64,000 nt of DNA from Diadema antillarum (GCF_040938485.1 NW_027271029.1:868001-932000); one strand, 5' to 3'; shown: positions 51,940 through 64,000, numbered from the stretch's first letter. The notes: generated by a model not told the origin, from the letters alone. Numbers and translations: made by a program.

Positions 51940-54748
51940 GTGATTAAAGGGAAACATGACTCAAACGTGCAACATCTATGTTATTATCTGTGTTGTATAC
52001 ATATAGTTCTGTTCTGTCATTTTCCCCCTTTTGGGTTCAACTTGGGTTGAAGTTTAGGTTTAGTTAGTCGAAATGTGAAATAGAGACGAGTTTTTCGTCT
52101 GGGAATGCTACTTCAAATAGATCAACTCACCGGAGCCACGTTGTAAAAAAAAATAATGATCAAAGTGCATAGGAATGTATGTCAATTTTGAAGACAGATT
52201 TCAGCTCTGCATGTGTAGTGCATCACCCGTGGTCTAAATGCAACGATAATCAAGTGTTCCATTTCAATGAAAGACGCTTAGAAATCCGAGTTTCGAAATT
52301 AGCAAACATCAAAGACCCATTTCATAAAAGATGTTAGGATAGCAACTCTTGCTGGAATGGCAACTTCCCATAGCAACAGCCAATCAGGAAGCTGAATTCT
52401 TGTAGTTACCATGACAATTTTCATTCCAACAAGAGTTGCTATGATATCACTTTTTTTTAATGAAATGGGGCCCAGAATTGTTAACAGCAATTCCAACATA
52501 TAGGATACCGTACCGGTTGCAATTTCCTTCGGTTCCACGGACTGGGATTAAGTTTGAATTGAAACGTAAACACAAACGTGACGATGAAAAATGGCAAACT
52601 GACATGCCACAATTCCACTGACAACCTTCGAAAGAAAACCTCTAAATTAACTGTCTGATTTTACTATTTAAAGATATTTCAAATCATTTGAGCGAAACTT
52701 CACCCCTAAAAAATTAACAAACTGCGTGCTAAACGCAACTGACGTAGCTTCGGATAGTGATAGGAATATTACAGAGTACGATTGGACACTTGGTCATGTT
52801 TGTGAAATGTAGACTTGTTAGAGTTGGATCGTATGTTGGTCACAAAATGCTTTCTTGTCTAAATATAGCATGTATACTTATCATTTGTTGTACATTTGTG
52901 TGTTTATGTATGAATACACATCTACTTCCATGTGAAACATTTGGCGACTTTTTTTTTTTGATGCACTGTTGTAGAGGATTATTTTAATCTTGTTGATGGT
53001 AACATTGTCGACACACCGCGACCATTTCACCTAGTTGAGTGTAGCCATGCTTGACAAACAGTGGGGAGCAATAAAAACACACTTCACTTCATTATGCCCA
53101 GGATTAAGTGTTCAAAATTTATGAGCCAACCAAATTAATGTATCAAAAATGCAAATTTGTATTGTCAGCTTTAGCTGACGTCATTGGACGTTGCTACTAT
53201 GTAACCCTGAGTACATCCAGATTGCCATGGCCTATTTACTGAAATCAATATCCATTAGCATTACGTTTGAACCGATTTTCTTCATGGCTATACACCAGTT
53301 TGAGTTTGATGACGTTAATAAAAGAATTCGAAAGTTCTTAAAAGACAAATGGCGCCATGTTATAGCTGATGTTCATCATAATTACCATCAAACGAAACAA
53401 ATGAAAAAAAATGACAAGGCTTTACGTCTCGCGGTGTAAAGTCAAGTTCCGTGTCGCCATCTTTAATTATGAGTTAATAATACCGGAGCATGGAACGCCT
53501 TGGTACGTATTGGTTCTCTCCATTCCAAACCACGTCACCAACAAAATCACATAACACTCTCATCTCTCAAGTGGTGGAGTGAAGAATCATGTAGTGCGCT
53601 CTTTGTGTGTATTCAGTCGAGGTCCGATCTATTTCGGGATCATTTGAATATATTTTTCATTTTCATTTTTTTTCTGGGTGTCGCACTACAGTGTTTCGCA
53701 TAATAAGCAGAAAAGTCTTTCTCTTCCCCTTTTCAACTATTTATATTGCTTTCACTTGGAAAGCAAAGCAATAAGAAAGAATGAAATGAGACTTTGTGAT
53801 AGACAGATGAACTGAACAACGTCTGGCAAGTTAACCGATGACACAAAGGATGAAAAGAGAACTTGACGCCTGTCAACAATACTCGGTCAAATATCCACAC
53901 CTCGTGGTGCTGGGCACGATCAGGGAGGTGGTTTCGCCAGACACCGATCCCTGGCTCGATGCAGTCTTTGATGTAAACACGAGCCTTCGCATGTGTCTCT
54001 GTTAGTAGATAGTCAACAGGCCGAGAGTAACATGATAATGTCGCTATGAGAGCATTGTGTCCATGGCGCTATACACAACACACTATCTCCGTGATAACGA
54101 TCTTGCCAATGTTCGGTGTTTTGGTTGTAAACTATTATGCAATTTTCATTCCCTTTTGTCATATGACCGTTCCGTCCTGATTCGGTAGATTTTCTGCATT
54201 CCTATTAACCGGCAATACTTCTAATCACTCACGCCACTGTTACATGAGTTATGTTTCCGCATGATCGGCAATATTTCCTCTGACAGGACTTGATGAATTT
54301 ATTGTGGCAGAGATATGCGTCTGCTTCTTTACTTTATTGCTTGTTTGTTGGTGATTTTTTGAGATGGTTGATACGTGGTGGTGGGAAAATTAATTAAGGC
54401 AGCACAAATAAATTTTGGACTGAAATGTGTCGTCAATTTGATATTCTACAACGAAAAATGGGACCTTAATTTGTATGTGTGTCTTATAATACCATGGGAA
54501 TAATACAACTACTTGCCACGACGACGTATACATTGCAACACGCACAAAGGAAAAGATAACTGCTCCTTTGGGTTATCAGGGAAAACCTGCTCTTTGTTAT
54601 GCAATGTAGCCTACTTACTCTTTGCAACGTATGTTTATCCAAACCATGCACCTGATTAATAACGAGTCACCAGGTAATTATCGTTGTAAGCAATATAACG
54701 CCCCCTAATGCTGAGATATCCTTTCCATTTTGATTGTTGCCTTTTCAG

Positions 54749-54924
54749 AAATATCAAGATTGGGAGAACGTGGATCTGACCGATCAGGACGACAGAGTCG
54801 ATAAGTTAGAGGAAGCGATCGATATTATCGGCAGCGCGCCCTATGACCAACGAAACGAGACCGGCCACAAACTGGATGATATGCTCCTCAGCTGCTACTT
54901 CCAGAATTTCCCCTGCTTTCCAGA
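54749..54924 (+). CDS. DEG/ENaC ectodomain exon (KYQDW...GHKLDDMLLSCYFQNFPCFPE)
   Basis: cttttcag| phase 0; GA|gtaaga phase 2. Family GHxLxDMLLxC motif. Confidence 0.9.
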
Positions 54925-55567
54925 GTAAGAAATTGAATCCATTTGAACATACATCGATATACGATTTATCGATCATCGACATGTGATTAACATCGTGAAT
55001 ATATAATGACAGTGTATAAAAGAGAACTTTGCGCATGGGAAACACGCATGAGAGCATGGACGGCTATAGAGAGTCTGTAAGCCGAGGCATGACAAAGGGT
55101 GAAGTATCTGCGATACTCTGGAGCCAAAATTTCTATGTGGGCGGTCGAGAAGCATTTTTAATGCATTCGCCAAGAGAAGAAATCTAGACCCAAAGGCGAT
55201 AAGTAAAACAATTCACAGCAATTATTATGTATACAACCACTCCATAATATCTAAATACAATTATTGAAACCAATATGACAGTGAACATTATAGGTAGTGT
55301 AGGCTCATCACAAGTACTTCAGAGTTTTTCTTTTTTTTAACCATATTATGGTTCATCGTGCTTTTGTCTTTCTTTGATTTGTATTCACGATTCTTTGTGG
55401 TTCTCCTTGTCTTTTGCAGTACTCGCTCTTCGGACTTGAAGAAATCATAAAATTACTGCCCCATATCAAACAAGATCTTTAAAAAAAAAATCACCCATCG
55501 AGTATTCGTTGCGCCCTCAAAACCCTACTTATTGTGTATTTCTTAACCGATGTTCTTAAACCTGCAG

Positions 55568-55671
55568 AAATTTCACGCACTTTTACAACTACATGTACGG
55601 AAACTGTTTCACTTTCAACTCGGGTTCCAAGGGAAGAGTGTTAAATGTTTCCAAAATTGGACCGTTGTATG
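55568..55671 (+). CDS. DEG/ENaC ectodomain exon (NFTHFYNYMYGNCFTFNSGSKGRVLNVSKIGPLY)
   Basis: ctgcag| phase 2; G|gtgagt phase 1. YGNCFTFN signature. Not in the ORF track. Confidence 0.95.
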
Positions 55672-56103
55672 GTGAGTACACGTCAGTCGCCTCGATACGT
55701 TATTCTTTCCCCACTATAGTTCCGTTGTATCTGTGATGATGATAAATGAGAACTTATAAAGTGTTATCTCCACATCTGAAGACGTTCAGATGAAATCATT
55801 TAAATTCATTTTGGGAGTTCATCCCCAAAGTAAGGTCCTGCTCGGGCAAAAATCCTAACCCCATGAAAATTTTTGATCTTTGTAATTCAAACAAACCAGT
55901 GGATGAGGATTAAAGACATTTTGATGTGTTCACATTCTTATTTACATATTATTTTGCTATCACAGAGTAGTCTTTGAAATTTTGATATTCATTTCTTTAC
56001 ATATCAAGTATGAGTATAATCTTGGTATTGATTGTATTCAAAATTGAACGTGGTTTTAGTTAAAAGGTCAGTGTCCTATATGGGAAGGTTCAAATTGCCT
56101 TAA

Positions 56104-56465
56104 AGGGGATGGCTAGTAACTGATCAGTGGGATTCAGTGGGAATGCTGGGGGATGATTGTTCCAATTCTTGTGGGATTCATTTAAGAGTACATGATATAT
56201 CTATTGTTGTGTGAAAATTATTTGCTTCAGAATGGTCTCATATTCAAGTAATGTGCAGTTTAATGTTTCTAAGTTAGCGTGCCTGGTCAGTGACGGGGCA
56301 TTAATTTGCACATTACTTGAATATGAGACCATTCTGAAGCAAATAAATTTCACACAACAGTAGATATATAATGTATACTCTCAAATGAATCCCACAAGGA
56401 TTGGAATAATTATTATCCCTCAGCATTCCCAGTGATTCCCACTGATCGGTTACTAGCCATTCCCT
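56104..56465. mobile_element. Foldback MITE with TTAA TSD and ~160-bp inverted arms, in a channel intron
   Basis: ttaa at 56100-56103 and 56466-56469; aggggatggctagtaac / gttactagccattccct. Confidence 0.9.
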
Positions 56466-57096
56466 TTAAGCACCATGGCAAAAAAAACCAAAATAATAAT
56501 AAATAGACACATAGATTGATTTTACATTCGGATAGATTCCTCTTTCCAGTCATGACTTTGTGGTCTTGTTCAAAGTGAAGGTGAATTAATTACTTTTCAT
56601 GTAAATAAAAACAAAGGAAGTTCACAAATCATCCACATTGAATTGTACTTTAAAAGTTGGTAATATTTAGCATGAGGAGACAGAAGCTTGCTGATTCATT
56701 ATTGACCGATGAAATGCTTCTACATTATTCTGTATGCAATTAGTATTTATAATCAACACAAAATTATGATATGCATTCCGCTCTATGATTGTGGCTGATA
56801 TCACTGCAATCTGGAAGTCACCCATATTGTCAGTTTGTAGAACTGTTTGATATGTTTGCTATTTTGTGTTTCATTTGAATTAAATCTTGTCATCGTCATG
56901 TTTGTTTGTTTGTTTCAGGGAGGGTGGATTTGGTTAACGTTAACTCGAATAATGATGTGTCAGTTCCCTTTGCAAGAGGTTGCATATACCAGTATAGATA
57001 GATAGCATGTAACCTTTTTGGCTACTGTGAGCTTGTTATCAAAGACAAGCCAGCGTTCACTATATGTCGCCACCTGTCGGTGTATTTCTTTACTAG

Positions 57097-57260
57097 GCCT
57101 GTCTTTGGAGCTGTACATCGACCAGTCAGAGTACATCTCCACCATCCAACCCTCGGCGGGCATCCGGCTCTTGATCCACAACCAGCATGAGATGCCCTTC
57201 CCCGAGGACCAGGGCATCAATTTGGCGCCAGGGGCCCACACTTCGGTGGGACTATCGCTG
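57097..57260 (+). CDS. DEG/ENaC ectodomain exon (GLSLELYIDQSEY...AGIRLLIHNQHEMPFPEDQGINLAPGAHTSVGLSL)
   Basis: ttctttactag| phase 1; CTG|gtaggt phase 0. Conserved family motifs. Confidence 0.95.
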
Positions 57261-57529
57261 GTAGGTTGAAAACATACTTCCCATAGCATGTTCCTCTCCT
57301 TTTGATATGGGCGTGGTAGGGTGGGGTGGGGTGGGGTGTAGCGTTGGCGTAACCATCATACAAGTTTTGAAATGCTCTTAGAAAGTGTGTGTGTTGCGCT
57401 GATTATTATCGTTTTACGTGGTCATAAAATGCTTAGCTGTGGGATTGTTGCGCCCCGAGTTGCCATGTGCACTGAAGAACTATAGACAATGAAAACAAAG
57501 TTTGTGGACACCTATACGGACACTGACAG

Positions 57530-57590
57530 CTGCTGCTCCCGAGGGATTCGATACGGGAACCTCGAATTTGAGAGTCTTACTAGGTTTCAT
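57530..57590 (-). mobile_element. tRNA-derived SINE head remnant
   Basis: The reverse complement reads gactctcaaattcgaggttcccgtatcgaatccc, a B-box-like sequence. No full cloverleaf. Confidence 0.4.
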
Positions 57591-58140
57591 TCACTGACCT
57601 CCATATACAAATGATACACATCAGTGAGGGCGGTAGTAAGAATTACAAACACAATGTACTTTTGGAACAGTCTATTGGCTAGCCCAAAATCCATAAATGG
57701 ATATGCCGCATTTTAAGACATACATGTATATTTTTCAATGATATATTGTCGTTAGCACTATACATACCATGTAGGTGCCCGCATATGTATTTTTATTCTT
57801 AGTCAGTTTTAACTCTCTTTCTTTACTTTTTTCTGTTTGTTTGTTTGTGCAGACAACACGATATTGCCAGAAAATGGAAATTGTTTTGCTCCAGCCTCCA
57901 GTTGTACTCTTATCTCTCTCACACAGATATATTGAGTAAACACAGATTGATAGCAGTGTATAAGATGTTGAATTGGGTGGACCTATATAGAGTAGGAAAT
58001 GCATAATAGGGAAGTAGCGTTACATGATATCATACAGTGTGAAATGAATTTCAACTGATGTATAAAACGTGATACTCTGTCATATAGCGTGAAATGACAT
58101 TTATAAAGTGATGTATAAAATGTGACACTCTATTGTGCAG

Positions 58141-58245
58141 GTGGACATCGAGAGATTAGGACATCCTTACACGAACTGCTCCTTAGACTTCGCAGAAGGC
58201 AATATTTTTAGGGACAAGTTTTCCCATCTCGACTATTCAAGATCG
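58141..58245 (+). CDS. DEG/ENaC exon (VDIERLGHPYTNCSLDFAEGNIFRDKFSHLDYSRS)
   Basis: gtgcag| and TCG|gtaaga, phase 0/0. RLGxPYxxC motif. Confidence 0.95.
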
Positions 58246-58529
58246 GTAAGAGAGCCATCGATATACTGATCAAGAAATATTGGTCAGTCAGTTGTCACGG
58301 TTGTGTTTTCGTGTAAGCCAGGTGTATTTTGGAAAGAGAGTAAATAATATGAAGTTGAAGGTCGCCGGACAGAATGCATTTTTTGATTCTGCATCACTGT
58401 CCTCATTTTGCTGTTGTTGTTGTTTTGTTGTTGTTTGTGGTGGTGGTGGTGGTTGCGGTGTTGTCATTAATTGTTGCTGTTGTTGTTTTTTCTCTTTACA
58501 CGAGTAATGTCTATATCCCCTATACTGTC

Positions 58530-59021
58530 TTTATTGCCCCCGCCATGAAGTGTTGACGGACATGACGGAGGCATTATGTTTTCGGGATGTCCGTCCATCC
58601 GCCGTCCTTCTGTCTGTCCGTTCGTCCTTCCGTCAAAGGTCAAAGGTAGAGTGAAAATGCTAAAAATCTACTATTTAACGCTGAAATCGCTTCTTTTCTC
58701 CATACCTTTGAGGTCACTCAATGCATAAACTTAATAAACTTAATAAAACTAACGAAAATGTTCAAATCCCTAAATATCTGCACTCATAAACAATTTGCCA
58801 TCCACTCCGATGAGACCTAGCTCAAGGAAAGTAAAAATTCAAAACGTTTTTGACATACATGTCAATATTGGAAAAATGCCTGTTTACAAAAAAAAAATGC
58901 CAATTTTTGTCACTTATGAGAAACTGTCGTCCCACAATTTCAAGATATATTCTAAACCTACTCGGAGAACCATGCATCATGGCGGAGGCATACCCGTCTC
59001 CATAGCAACATTCATAGTTTT
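58530..59021 (+). mobile_element. HINE/Helentron-like non-autonomous element in an intron
   Basis: Subterminal inverted repeat tgcccccgccatga / tcatggcggaggca, (gtcc)n microsatellite, aaaggtcaaagg motif, T-run at the 3' end. Confidence 0.65.
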
Positions 59022-59046
59022 CTTCTATCTCTCTCTTTGTTTCTAG

Positions 59047-59161
59047 ACTTGTGAGAAGAATTGCTTCTTCAAAGGAGTGCTGGAAAACTGTAAATGCGCC
59101 GATCCTCGCTACCGATACGATAACTCGATCCCTGTGTGCAACACTTCGATTCCCAGAATAG
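59047..59161 (+). CDS. DEG/ENaC Cys-rich thumb exon (TCEKNCFFKGVLENCKCADPRYRYDNSIPVCNTSIPRI)
   Basis: ttctag| phase 0; G|gtaaca phase 1. CxxxC...CxC pattern. Confidence 0.9.
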
Positions 59162-59356
59162 GTAACAGACATCGTGTGAATACATAGTTGCTATAAGTAA
59201 TAACAAAGGATTACCCACTTCTGCGATGATAACGATTTACTTTACGTTTTTTCATATTCGATTTGCAGGTAAATCAAAATAGTCATCCGATGCCATGGTG
59301 TACATGTACTTGGTATATCTTACCAACTTTTCAGTATAATCGGATGCAGCAAACCC

Positions 59357-59545
59357 NNNNNNNNNNNNNNNNNNNNNNNNNNNNNNNNNNNNNNNNNNNN
59401 NNNNNNNNNNNNNNNNNNNNNNNNNNNNNNNNNNNNNNNNNNNNNNNNNNNNNNNNNNNNNNNNNNNNNNNNNNNNNNNNNNNNNNNNNNNNNNNNNNNN
59501 NNNNNNNNNNNNNNNNNNNNNNNNNNNNNNNNNNNNNNNNNNNNN
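59357..59545. other. Assembly gap (189 N), intronic
   Basis: Run of n. The flanking exons 59161 and 59908 join in frame without it. Confidence 1.
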
Positions 59546-59907
59546 ATCGGAAGAGAGATTCTTGTCAACATGAATCATACGATTTTGGCGGGCATGCAAA
59601 ACATCTGATTTGTGGCCATGGTGTTATTCCTACTTTTTGAGACGACCATGATTTCATCTTCAAACATATAAAGTCAAAAGAAGCTGCGTATCTCGATCAT
59701 TGAAGAAAGAAATTCACCGTGGATATCAATGCATAGCACCATTTGTCTTTCATCATTCCTTGTAAATAAGTCTGCAAATTAGCACTTATGTTTTAGATGT
59801 CATGCATCCTGATTGCAAAATTGATTGGGATGTCTTGTCGAGTTCGTTGCTTGATTTTTAGATCCTCTATAATAAAGTAGTAATATTTGCCTCTTTTTGC
59901 CTTGCAG

Positions 59908-59980
59908 ACGAGTGTGTTGATCAGATTGAGGAAAATTATACCCTGGGTTTAATTCCGTGCAACTGTACAATGCCTTGCCG
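59908..59980 (+). CDS. DEG/ENaC thumb exon (DECVDQIEENYTLGLIPCNCTMPCR)
   Basis: cttgcag| phase 1; CG|gtaagt phase 2. CxCxxPC motif. Confidence 0.95.
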
Positions 59981-60768
59981 GTAAGTATGTCTACCCATCG
60001 CCCTTATTTTACGCAGACACGCATAGACGCTAATCAAATGCAGTCAAAAATATTATATACTGAGTATACAATTACCAAGTCACACACATTTCAATCAAGT
60101 GACTAAGATTGCCACCACTATAGCTGAAGCCCTATGTCCTTATTTTACACGCGTATATAGTATACTGGCGTGTAAAGGTGTAGGTTCTGGGATCGAATCC
60201 TGCCCGAAGCATGCACCCCCAGGACCAGATATCTCAGCTTTATTCGTAAACTAACATGGTACATGCTATTATGGCGCAATCAATATACAATCACAAAGTC
60301 GGTACATAAAATGAAAGAGCGTTAAAAGGAATCAGCATTAAAAATTGAAATAAAGGTTTTATGATTATAGAAGTATTGCTATACAAATAAACCTAAATCT
60401 TAGAGAGAAAAAAAAAACAATGAATCAGGGCAACTGTCGAATCCTGTAATAAGAATAGAGGCAAGTCTCGCTTACAGAACGTCCCATTCGCTGTGCATAT
60501 TATGAAGAGTGTAGATAATATACAAGGACACGCATTTGCCGGTCAATTACGATTATTATTATCACCATTTTGTTCTATAATTCTTATTATTATCTATAAT
60601 TCGTTATATACAATGATGTGCTCGAGCTTTTTTAAGTGTTGTTATACATAATTTGTAAGACTTTCCAACATACATCCGATTTCGAATCAATCCCTGCGAT
60701 GTGGATACTGCAGATTTGCATATTGAAACATGTTTGTGTTCTCTTCCGCCTCTGTCTAATTCATGCAG

Positions 60769-60826
60769 TCAACAAAACTATCATTACACGATATCCGAAG
60801 CTCACTGGCCCAACGATGGATATATG
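60769..60826 (+). CDS. DEG/ENaC exon (QQNYHYTISEAHWPNDGYM)
   Basis: catgcag| phase 2; ATG|gtaaga phase 0. YxxxIS...WP motif. Confidence 0.9.
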
Positions 60827-61493
60827 GTAAGATTTAATACATTTTTAGTTATTTGAAAAACCTGCAGACGGATGTTGTCATATATGAATTTAAAGTTGAC
60901 GTAGTTTGTATGCATAATGTAAGAATGTAGGCCTACTTCTGTTGATGTGCCCATACATGGATGTTACTTTACAGTACAATATAATAGGCAATTGCGTGAT
61001 CAAACGTGAAACAGATGTCAGGAGATAATCCATGTGTGCTGTCGAAACGTATTCCATTATAAAAGTTGTGTTGGTTTTAATGTGTTGGTAAATTCTGCTT
61101 TCCCCTCAGTTTATGTGGCGTGATGTTGAAATCTTGTTTACTGCTTTCGATTAAGTTTTGTTGCATTTTTTTTTTAGTTTGTTTGTTGAAGCTAGTGTCG
61201 CATCTTTTGATTTGAAATGTGCTCTGTAAATTAGATTTGCTTTCAAATCAAGATTGGTTGTGAAAAAAAAAAATCATCTTGACTGATTCCTAATGAACTT
61301 GATGCTGTAAACCAACTTTACCTCTCTCGACATAATTTTGCCTTTGACACGAGGCTTACTTACTGCTTTTCTCGATCAAAAAAAAAAATGTCATTAAGAA
61401 GTCTGCTTAACTCTTCATTAACGTTATATTTTGTAGGAAAGGGTCTTATACCGTCTGTCGTATTTCATTTTTTAAATGTTTTCTCACTTCCAG

Positions 61494-61570
61494 GACGAAG
61501 TCAAGGAGGGAATCGCAGAAATATCAGACTCACTTAGAAGACAGCTTACTCAGGATCCTAATTTTATTGA
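61494..61570 (+). CDS. DEG/ENaC exon (DEVKEGIAEISDSLRRQLTQDPNFIE)
   Basis: ttctcacttccag| phase 0; GA|gtgagt phase 2. Phases fit both neighbours. Confidence 0.85.
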
Positions 61571-62195
61571 GTGAGTAGAGCTGGCCCATGAGGTACACGC
61601 CCATGCGAGAAAGCTTTGAAAGTGTAATGATGGTTGTCGTACTATGGCGACATCGAATATCGATGAGAGCATAATCATTATGTACTGATACGGTCTTACA
61701 GGCCTACAATAATTATGCTCTCTGCGTTTGGAGTTTCTGGTTTAAAACTATTGGCAGAGGTGACTCAAAATAGTGGAGGCACCGCGAGGCTCATGGTTTC
61801 ACACAGAACTCGAAATTAGGCAGAATAATAATATATTTGTTGACATTCTCAGTAATAAGAAAATAATCTAGTATACACGGAGGAAGGGGAAAATGAGACA
61901 AGAAGTGGTGAATGCGATGTTCGTGTAGTAGATGAATCCTACTGTGTTCGTCGAAGCAGTGCCTGATATCACAATATTGTTTTTATGACATCGTTTCACA
62001 AACTATGAACTCTTTGGGAAATGTTGTCATAAAAAGTGGCGTCATTTTCTAAACAGCATAATATGGAGTGCAAACATTTTCAACACTCTGAAATAGTTGA
62101 AAATATAATCACGCGAAACTCCCTTAAAAAACTACTATACAACGCTATTTTCGAGACCCTGTAATATTGCTCAGGTGGGGATTTCTTATCAAGTA

Positions 62196-63220
62196 TTTTG
62201 TCGAGTCCACCGGAGGTGAGGGGAGACTGAAGATCGCATGCGGCGTCTGTCCGTCCGTCGTCCGTCCGCCCGTAAAACAAACTTTTAGGGCTCATTGTTA
62301 AAGGGATAGTACAGTATTGGTGGAGATGAGAGTTGGGCTTTTAACTTTTTGCGAGATACCAAGAAAACACTTGTGAAATACATGTAGTACAGAGAATACC
62401 ATTCCAAGAGGAATTCAAAGTTTATTTGATGACAATCGGGTTTGGAAAAACAAAGTAAAACAAAGTGATCGTAAAAAAGTGTGGGTCCCACACTTTATCA
62501 GAATCGCTCTGTTTTGGATATCTCAGCCATTTCAAAACCAATTTTCATCAAATAAACGTTGAATTCCTCATGGAATTACACGCCCTTTCATATTTCATAA
62601 AGGTGTCTTATTATCTCACACACACACACACACACAAATGTTAGAAACCTGAAATTACGTCTCAACCAAAACTATACGATCCTTTTAAGTTTTTCCGGTG
62701 TGTTTCGATTGTTGATATGGCTCATAATTTTTTATGTATAATGCGATGTCCGTTTGTGACCAAACTTGGTTGGTAGATGTTTCTTGGGGAGTTGAAGGTC
62801 ACCACAAGGTCAAAGGTCACAAACAGGGGGTCAATTAGCTTTTAGGGCTTAATGTTAAGTTTTTACGGCGCGTTTTGATTATGGCTCATAACTTTTGATC
62901 CCTATTTGCGTTTGTGACCAAACTTGGATGGTAGACGTCCCTTGGGAAGTTGAAGTTCATACAAGGTCAAAGGTCACAGACAGGGGTCAATTAGCTTTTA
63001 GGGCTTAATGTTAAGTTTTTTCGGCGCGGTTTGATTATGGCTCATAACTTTTGATCCATATGTCCGTTTGTGACCAAACATGGCAGGTAAATGTCTCTTG
63101 GGGAGTTGAAGGTCACCACAAGGTCAATGGTCATGGGCGACGTCAATGAACTTCCGAGAGTTAGAAAAACAATACTTCTTCTACGCGAATGGGCGGGACA
63201 CATTTTGGCACTTGCCCTGT
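62196..63220 (+). mobile_element. Second HINE-like element with 156-158-bp units (family of 6923-8010), interrupted by a TTAA MITE
   Basis: Same ccaccggaggtg head and gaatgggcg(g/a)gacacatttt tail. Units at 62794, 62952 and 63108. Confidence 0.75.
62302..62684. mobile_element. Nested TTAA (Kolobok-like) MITE
   Basis: ttaa at 62298-62301 and 62685-62688; agggatagtaca / tatacgatcctt. Homologous to 49165-49546. Confidence 0.85.
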
Positions 63221-63367
63221 TTTTTTGTTTTTGTTGGGTTTTTTCCCCGTAATTTTCATCATCATCAGTAGTATATAATATAAGATATATCTATTCAACT
63301 TTCTACTTTCATCAGCACCATCATAATCATCGTCTGTGTGTTTTTCTACACTATTATATTCCCGCAG

Positions 63368-63443
63368 AGATAATGTGGTTAAAGTCGGCGTTTTCTACGA
63401 CAATCTGCAGTTCCAGTATATATACCAGACGCCAGCTTACGAC
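63368..63443 (+). CDS. DEG/ENaC pre-TM2 exon (DNVVKVGVFYDNLQFQYIYQTPAYD)
   Basis: ccgcag| phase 2; GAC|gtaagt phase 0. Matches the family NxxKxxxFY...PAY segment. The TM2 exon is outside the window; the window ends in a pyrimidine tract (...tttctctgta), probably its acceptor. Confidence 0.9.
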
Positions 63444-64000
63444 GTAAGTATAATGCTCGAGCCTTTTCTGTATTACGGTTGGTGATTTCGCGCGCTGCAA
63501 CTTGCGAAATCATTAATGAGAAGACCTAGCGGTAAATAACGTGTAATATGACTGATATTCGGCAAACTCAAAGTGATATGAGGGCTTTTTGGCTCTCTCC
63601 TTGTGAAATGTGAGCCCTCATAAAGAGTGAAATGAGTCGGACTTCAGAAGTTGTAAGCGTTGAAGAAGGATATTCATTTCACTATTTGTAGTTAGCTACT
63701 GCAGTGATCTGACGCTACTTCAATCCAGCGAAGACGCCAGGGAGAGGCACAATGATTTACTCTTAGGATATCATAGTCGGGTCTTAGAGAAAAAAACAAG
63801 ATATCATCAAAGATATATCAATTGAAACTGTAAAATGATTGGTGTACCAGATATCATTTGATGTTTTCTTTGTTACCTTCATCCGCAAAGAATTCATCTC
63901 TCAAAGTAAGCACTACATAGGGCACATAACGAAAGCCTTCTTTCTTCATGACTTAATAATCTCTTCTTTCAATCATTTTCATCTTCTCTCTTTCTCTGTA

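Noticed and set aside
53840-54010. GC-richer intronic block open in several frames
   Set aside because: No pyrimidine-tract acceptor and no similarity to DEG/ENaC that I can recognise.
58031-58140. Two ~50-bp diverged tandem copies ending at an exon acceptor, giving a cryptic AG at 58087
   Set aside because: Use of that AG would add 53 nt and frameshift; probably a neutral duplication.
60156-60215. tRNA B-box-like strings (also ~17812 and ~38005)
   Set aside because: No cloverleaf; SINE remnants at best, not tRNA genes.

Overview
AT-rich, intron-containing animal DNA with two N gaps. The repeat landscape suggests an echinoderm, probably a sea urchin (inference). Splice sites and exon phases were read by hand. 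(1) The 3' end of a + strand gene (exons 691-826, 1291-3186, 3868-3965) encoding a low-complexity Ser/Thr/Pro-rich protein with three 46-47-aa repeats, a KSVTF motif and a C-terminal LIDF. (2) A complete - strand Ly6/uPAR three-finger gene (CDS 15874-15763, 14003-13873, 13002-12787; 152 aa, 12 Cys in the domain, signal peptide, GPI-type tail). (3) A + strand DEG/ENaC channel locus, ~35.7 kb to beyond the window end. It has two intact, ~48%-identical exons encoding N-terminus, HG motif, TM1 and the PAIT-CN-NP segment (36394-36887, 51328-51939). Both end in phase 0, but I found only one set of nine downstream ectodomain exons (54749-63443). This suggests one gene with alternative pore-proximal first exons, as in ASIC1a/1b. 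The rest is non-autonomous DNA transposons (TA-flanked and TTAA-flanked MITEs, Helentron-like elements with 156-bp arrays, a 2.65-kb hAT-like element with an 8-bp TSD and a ~273-bp array), microsatellites, and a 36-bp-stem hairpin at 8433-8526. No rRNA, intact tRNA, CRISPR array or transposase ORF was seen.
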